A stretch of 64,000 nucleotides of DNA from positions 28,310 to 92,309 of the forward strand of contig CAKPOS010000001.1 of assembly GCA_934176955.1 (NCBI GenBank), given 5' to 3'. Within the stretch, counting starts at the first letter, position 1. Every line of letters starts with the position of its first letter. The translations under genes and the position numbers were made by a program. Of this stretch, positions 59,959 to 64,000 are shown piece after piece. The stretch is from an uncultured Bacilli bacterium (GTDB lineage: Bacteria; Bacillota_I; Bacilli_A; RF39; UBA660). A model generated the notes under the pieces. It did no database searches, was not told the origin of the DNA, and saw only the letters and a program-made list of their open reading frames with translations.

Positions 59959-61008
59959 TTATGAATTGGTAGGAATTTTTAATGTTTGCCCTATTTGTAA
60001 TAGATTTGTGTTTAAATTGTTTAAATTTTTAATTTTATCTACTGTTGTGTTATATTTTTTGGCAATACTGTATAAACTATCTCCACTTACTACTTTATAA
60101 TTTATTGTGTTATTGGAAGAATTACTTTTAATTTTTAGAATCTGTCCTATTTGCAGTAAGTTAGAATTTAAGTTATTTAATTTTTTTAAGCTGTCTACTG
60201 TAGTGTTATATTTCTTGGCAATACTATATAGACTATCTCCTTTTTGTACAGTATAAGAAATATTTTTAATTGAATCAGTTGTTGAAGTATTTTTAGGTAG
60301 TTTTAATACTTGACCAATACTTAGATTATTGGTAGAAAGATTATTTAATGTTTTTAAATCATTTACACTAGTGTTATATTTTTTAGCAATACTATACAAA
60401 CTATCTCCTTTTTTAACGATATAATAATTATTATTAATTGGAGTATAAGGTACTTTTAGGTAAGTTGCTAAGGCAATAACAATTGCTTCTCCTATATTTT
60501 CTAGATTATTTTTTAAATAAGAGGCTTCTTTTTCATTATCAATATTTCCATAATAGATAATTATACTTTCATTATTAGCAGTATCTCTAATTAATTTATT
60601 ATAATCTTTTGATGTATCACTAGGTAACCTTCTTTGATAGTATTTTTCTACTTTTAAACCAATTTTTTCAAGATTTTCTTGAACTAATTTAGCAAGAGTA
60701 TTGCTATTTCTTAAGGAATAGATAATTTCAGCATTTTTTCCCCCTGTCGTTAAGGCATTTGAAATAACAATAACATTATTTCCTTTTCCATAAGTGGATT
60801 GAATTTTTTTTACCCGATCATCAATTGAAAGAGTATCATCTTTATCTCTTGTTAGATAAGTTTTAATATTTAAGTCTTTTAATCTTTTATAAATATATTT
60901 ACTTAAGTCTAGGTTATAGTTTTTTTCAATGATGCCATGAATATTACTTCCAATGTCCTCTCCTCCTCGATAAGGATCGATGATTACTTTCTTTTCTATT
61001 CTTTCCAT
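59959..61008 (-). CDS. N-acetylmuramoyl-L-alanine amidase (Amidase_3) with three C-terminal LysM repeats
   Basis: IDPYRGGEDIGS...LTRDKDDTLSIDDRVKKIQS amidase_3 N-terminus. Three copies of Y.V..GDSLYSIAKKYNT.V..LK.LNNL..N.L.IGQ.LK.P, which also appear as three ~130-bp tandem DNA repeats. Confidence 0.8.
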   Translation of the reverse strand: MERIEKKVIIDPYRGGEDIGSNIHGIIEKNYNLDLSKYIYKRLKDLNIKTYLTRDKDDTLSIDDRVKKIQSTYGKGNNVIVISNALTTGGKNAEIIYSLRNSNTLAKLVQENLEKIGLKVEKYYQRRLPSDTSKDYNKLIRDTANNESIIIYYGNIDNEKEASYLKNNLENIGEAIVIALATYLKVPYTPINNNYYIVKKGDSLYSIAKKYNTSVNDLKTLNNLSTNNLSIGQVLKLPKNTSTTDSIKNISYTVQKGDSLYSIAKKYNTTVDSLKKLNNLNSNLLQIGQILKIKSNSSNNTINYKVVSGDSLYSIAKKYNTTVDKIKNLNNLNTNLLQIGQTLKIPTNS

Positions 61009-61056
61009 AAAATATCACCTAGTTTATTTTATGTTTTTTAGTTAATTTTGGTTTGT

Positions 61057-61998
61057 TTATTCTATTTTAAAACTAGTTTCATCTAAAAAAAGATAGTTTT
61101 CGTGATATTTCAATTCTCTTACTAAACGAAATAGAGCATCATCTTTGGCTTTGGCCTCTAACATAATATCAACATCTTGATTTTTTTGTTTTAGAATGTT
61201 TAAAAATTGAATAAAAGAATTGGTATCAATATAGTCATTATGGGCTCGGTATTCTCTTTTGTTTTTAGGAGAACTAAAATGTATTTTTGGTGTCATTCCT
61301 TTTTTCTTCCAAGTGAGAAAGATATCGTTTAAGTAAGTGAACAATTCTTTGGATGTGGGATTGCATTGATGATGATGATAGTCTAAGACAACTGGAATAT
61401 TTAACTTTTTAGCTAGAAATAAACAATCTTCTATGTTAAATACTTTATCATCATTTTCTATGGCGATAATTTCTTTTAAATGATTGGGAAGGTTTTCAAA
61501 GGTATGAATAAAACGGGATAAAGAATTAGTTTTACCAAATGCATTACTTCCTATGTGAAGGAGAATAATTTTATCTTGAATATCTAATATTTTGAGTAAT
61601 TGGTAATGATATTCTAATATGTTAATTGTTGATGTGATTACTTCTTTTTTTACACTATTTAAGACACAATACTGATTGGGATGGAAATCTACTCTTATTT
61701 TACTTTTCTGAAGAATTGAAGTTATTTTTTTATAGTAAGGAAGGAATTTTTCTAAATAATCAAAAGAAACATTGGGATGTGTTGCTAAGGGGATTATATT
61801 AGAAGAGATTCGATAAAAATGAATATGATTTTTATCGTTATAGATTAATGTTTGATAAAGAGCTTCTAAATTAGAAATAATAATTCTCTCTAATTTTTCT
61901 TGGTCTTTTTCTTGTACCCATGTAGTATAAGAATAAGGAGTTGAAGTAGATTCCTTTATCGATTTACTTATTGCAACGTAGCCTAATCTTATTATCAT
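61057..61998 (-). CDS. uvsE: UV damage endonuclease UvdE
   Basis: MIIRLGYVAISKSI start and TIM-barrel UVDE pattern. 313 aa. Confidence 0.7.
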   Translation of the reverse strand: MIIRLGYVAISKSIKESTSTPYSYTTWVQEKDQEKLERIIISNLEALYQTLIYNDKNHIHFYRISSNIIPLATHPNVSFDYLEKFLPYYKKITSILQKSKIRVDFHPNQYCVLNSVKKEVITSTINILEYHYQLLKILDIQDKIILLHIGSNAFGKTNSLSRFIHTFENLPNHLKEIIAIENDDKVFNIEDCLFLAKKLNIPVVLDYHHHQCNPTSKELFTYLNDIFLTWKKKGMTPKIHFSSPKNKREYRAHNDYIDTNSFIQFLNILKQKNQDVDIMLEAKAKDDALFRLVRELKYHENYLFLDETSFKIE

Positions 61999-62123
61999 TT
62001 TTTCTTCACCTATATTTATTATGATAATCTTTTTTTCTCTCTATGCTAAAAATTCGCGTAATTTAATACTACTAATTAAGACTAAAAAAAGCATAGATTT
62101 ATCTATAATCCTATAGACTAAAT

Positions 62124-62420
62124 CTATACTAAAAACTTTATTTTTTTACTCTTACTTTCTTTTTTTTGTTTCAATATTGAATCTAAAGAACAATTTATTT
62201 TTTCTTTACATTGTGATATTTCATTATTACAAGTATTATTAACAACTTGAACTTGACTAAAATTATCTCTCTTTTTAAAAGCCTTAAATTTTTTTTGATA
62301 AAAACTATTTTTACTTTTTCTAATAATTTTCCCATGTTTTTTAATATCTGCATCCGAATATCCAAACTGCTGTAATCGCTTTATTTCTCTAATAACTACT
62401 TTTTCATTATCATTCATCAA
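62124..62420 (-). CDS. hypothetical basic protein (98 aa)
   Basis: Lys-rich ORF, no domain recognised. Confidence 0.3.
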   Translation of the reverse strand: MMNDNEKVVIREIKRLQQFGYSDADIKKHGKIIRKSKNSFYQKKFKAFKKRDNFSQVQVVNNTCNNEISQCKEKINCSLDSILKQKKESKSKKIKFLV

Positions 62421-62494
62421 AAAACCTCATTTCTTCATTTCCTTTTATTATATCTTAATTTTTCTTTATTGCAACAAAAAAGAAATACGTCTTA

Positions 62495-63394
62495 TTATTT
62501 CTTTTGGTCTTCTTTAGGAAAATAATCTAATATTAATTTATCAGTGATAAATAGATAATCATAAAAAGTTCTAATTTTTTGGCATAGTTCTAATTCATTA
62601 GTATTAAAATCAATTTTTTGAGGAATGGAGATAAGAGCAGAGAAAAGTATTTTTTCTTCTTTTAACATAGGATAATGCATTTCATAAGTATGAAGAAGAC
62701 TACAAAAATCAAAGATTTGATAATAATTTTGATAAAAATTGACTAAGTCATAGATAGGGATATCTTTTTTACTTTTATTCCAGCTAATTAAGTAAGGCTT
62801 TTGTTCAAGTAAGTAATGTTCTAATTTTAGATTGTTATGAATTTGCGTTATACGAACTCTTTTCTTTTCAGAAATGATTTGATACCATTTATCGATTTGA
62901 TTTTTGGAATAATTTAGCGCTAAAAATAGTTTAGAGATATTTCTAATAAAAAGATAAGAAGCTGGAGACATATACTCTTCTCTTTCGATAAGTTCTGTAA
63001 TATCTTGATAATAATTTATTAAATATTCAATTCTATTCTTTGTATTTTCATAAAGTTCTTTGTAAGTATTTTCGTCAATTTCTTTATAAAAAGTTGTTTT
63101 GCTGTGAAGAAGTGTAATTAATTTCATGATATCATTAGCTTTTTCTTCTTGTTGTAAGGGAACATCTTCGATATAACGATAAATATCATAGTTTTTGGTT
63201 TGATAAAGAATTTCTGGGAAATAATCAAAAGATCTAGACTTTAAATATTTATATAAAGGGCCTAGATCATGTTCTTTTTTTTTGATGACAAATATTTCTT
63301 TCTCAGTTTCTATCATGCGAATATTGTTTTTGATGGTTATTTTTTTTGTGATGATATGATTATTTGTGAATAATTCTCGAATTTCTTTATTCAT
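62495..63394 (-). CDS. CotS/YsxE-family spore-coat kinase-like protein
   Basis: IHNNLKLEHYLL resembles the CotS-family catalytic-loop region. Sits downstream of a SpoVID-like gene, as in B. subtilis spoVID-ysxE. Confidence 0.5.
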   Translation of the reverse strand: MNKEIRELFTNNHIITKKITIKNNIRMIETEKEIFVIKKKEHDLGPLYKYLKSRSFDYFPEILYQTKNYDIYRYIEDVPLQQEEKANDIMKLITLLHSKTTFYKEIDENTYKELYENTKNRIEYLINYYQDITELIEREEYMSPASYLFIRNISKLFLALNYSKNQIDKWYQIISEKKRVRITQIHNNLKLEHYLLEQKPYLISWNKSKKDIPIYDLVNFYQNYYQIFDFCSLLHTYEMHYPMLKEEKILFSALISIPQKIDFNTNELELCQKIRTFYDYLFITDKLILDYFPKEDQKK

Positions 63395-63995
63395 TTTTAT
63401 TGGGAATAATTAGTTTAGTACCAGGTTTTATTTCTTCTAAATTGTTATATAAGCTTATGGTTTCTTTGTCAATATGATATTTTTCCATAATACTATCAAT
63501 CGTATCTTGTTCTTTTACAATATAGACATAATAAGTAATATAAGTATCAGAATTATCAATATTTTCAAATAAATTAAATTCTTGTTTAGTCATTTGCTTT
63601 TGATGATTATCTTCAAAAATTATAGTATCTTTTGGAGGAGGCATAATCTCAGGAATGATTTTCTCTTCTCTTTCTTCTTTTTCTTGTGGTTTATTTTCTG
63701 GTTCTGGGAAGAAAGAAGTATCTATTTTTTCTTCATCAAGAGAAGGAATTTCAATGGTCATTTCTTCTTTTTCTTTCTCTTCTTCTTTTAGAGGTAAAAC
63801 AATTTCTTCTTCTTTCTCTTTTTCTCCTTCGATATAAAGATCGATATTGACTTGGAGAGATTCATTATTGACTACTTCATAATAAAAATTATCAATATCA
63901 ATACTTAAAGTAGAAGGAATATATTTGCTATCTAGTTCAATATCAAAGGGAATCTTGAAGTTAAAATTCTCCCTGTTGATGGAAGCTTCTGTCAT
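63387..63995 (-). CDS. SpoVID-like sporulation protein with a C-terminal LysM domain
   Basis: C-terminal LysM YIVKEQDTIDSIMEKYHIDKETISLYNNLEEIKPGTKLIIP. Glu/Lys-rich middle. N-terminal block TLSIDIDNFYYEV. Start ATG at 63995, close to the window edge. Confidence 0.4.
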   Translation of the reverse strand: MTEASINRENFNFKIPFDIELDSKYIPSTLSIDIDNFYYEVVNNESLQVNIDLYIEGEKEKEEEIVLPLKEEEKEKEEMTIEIPSLDEEKIDTSFFPEPENKPQEKEEREEKIIPEIMPPPKDTIIFEDNHQKQMTKQEFNLFENIDNSDTYITYYVYIVKEQDTIDSIMEKYHIDKETISLYNNLEEIKPGTKLIIPNKNE

Positions 63996-64000
63996 TTTAT

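Noticed and set aside
59990-60450. Three ~130-bp tandem DNA repeats
   Set aside because: They are the three LysM modules of the amidase gene. This is coding repetition, not an independent repeat element.
63582-63837. ORFs 63582..63791(+) and 63655..63837(+), which are Phe/Ser-rich
   Set aside because: Antisense to the Glu/Lys-rich segment of the SpoVID-like gene. They are artefacts.

Overview
Very AT-rich window (roughly 27-30% GC by eye) from an endospore-forming Firmicute, probably Clostridia-like. Sporulation markers include an alpha/beta-type SASP, dacB-spmA-spmB, two tandem SigE/SigK-type sigma factors, a SpoVID-like/CotS(YsxE)-like pair, a LysM amidase and UvdE. The backbone is ordinary housekeeping: femAB-like, ddl, ruvA, thiI, a T-box-controlled pheST, trpS, ppdK, ruvX-DUF1292-mltG, miaA, mnmA, mutS, tig, greA, murD, a T-box-controlled aspS, ynbB-like and proS. 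The main system is a complete type II CRISPR-Cas locus at 36.0-43.0 kb. It runs cas9-cas1-cas2 on the plus strand, then a convergent inverted csn2-like gene and a minus-strand tracrRNA that share one bidirectional terminator with cas2, then a leader and a 12-repeat/11-spacer array of 36-nt repeats with a degenerate terminal repeat. Immediately downstream is an ORF-free ~1 kb region with nested palindromes carrying DnaA-box-like TTATCCA motifs. A second accessory block at 14.1-19.4 kb holds a full ISL3-family IS, with perfect 28-bp terminal IRs, no target duplication, and flanks that form a palindrome. A 234-bp truncated second copy of the same IS lies 3.5 kb downstream. Between the two copies sit a DUF1016/YhcG PD-(D/E)XK nuclease gene killed by an in-frame TAA, a deoxynucleotidase::nucleoside-hydrolase fusion, and an HDIG hydrolase. 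Other oddities are sigma factors with extra C-terminal region-4-like repeats, a ClpX/HslU-clade AAA+ ATPase with an unrecognised N-terminal domain, and a promoter-hairpin-hairpin-terminator RNA module upstream of thiI.
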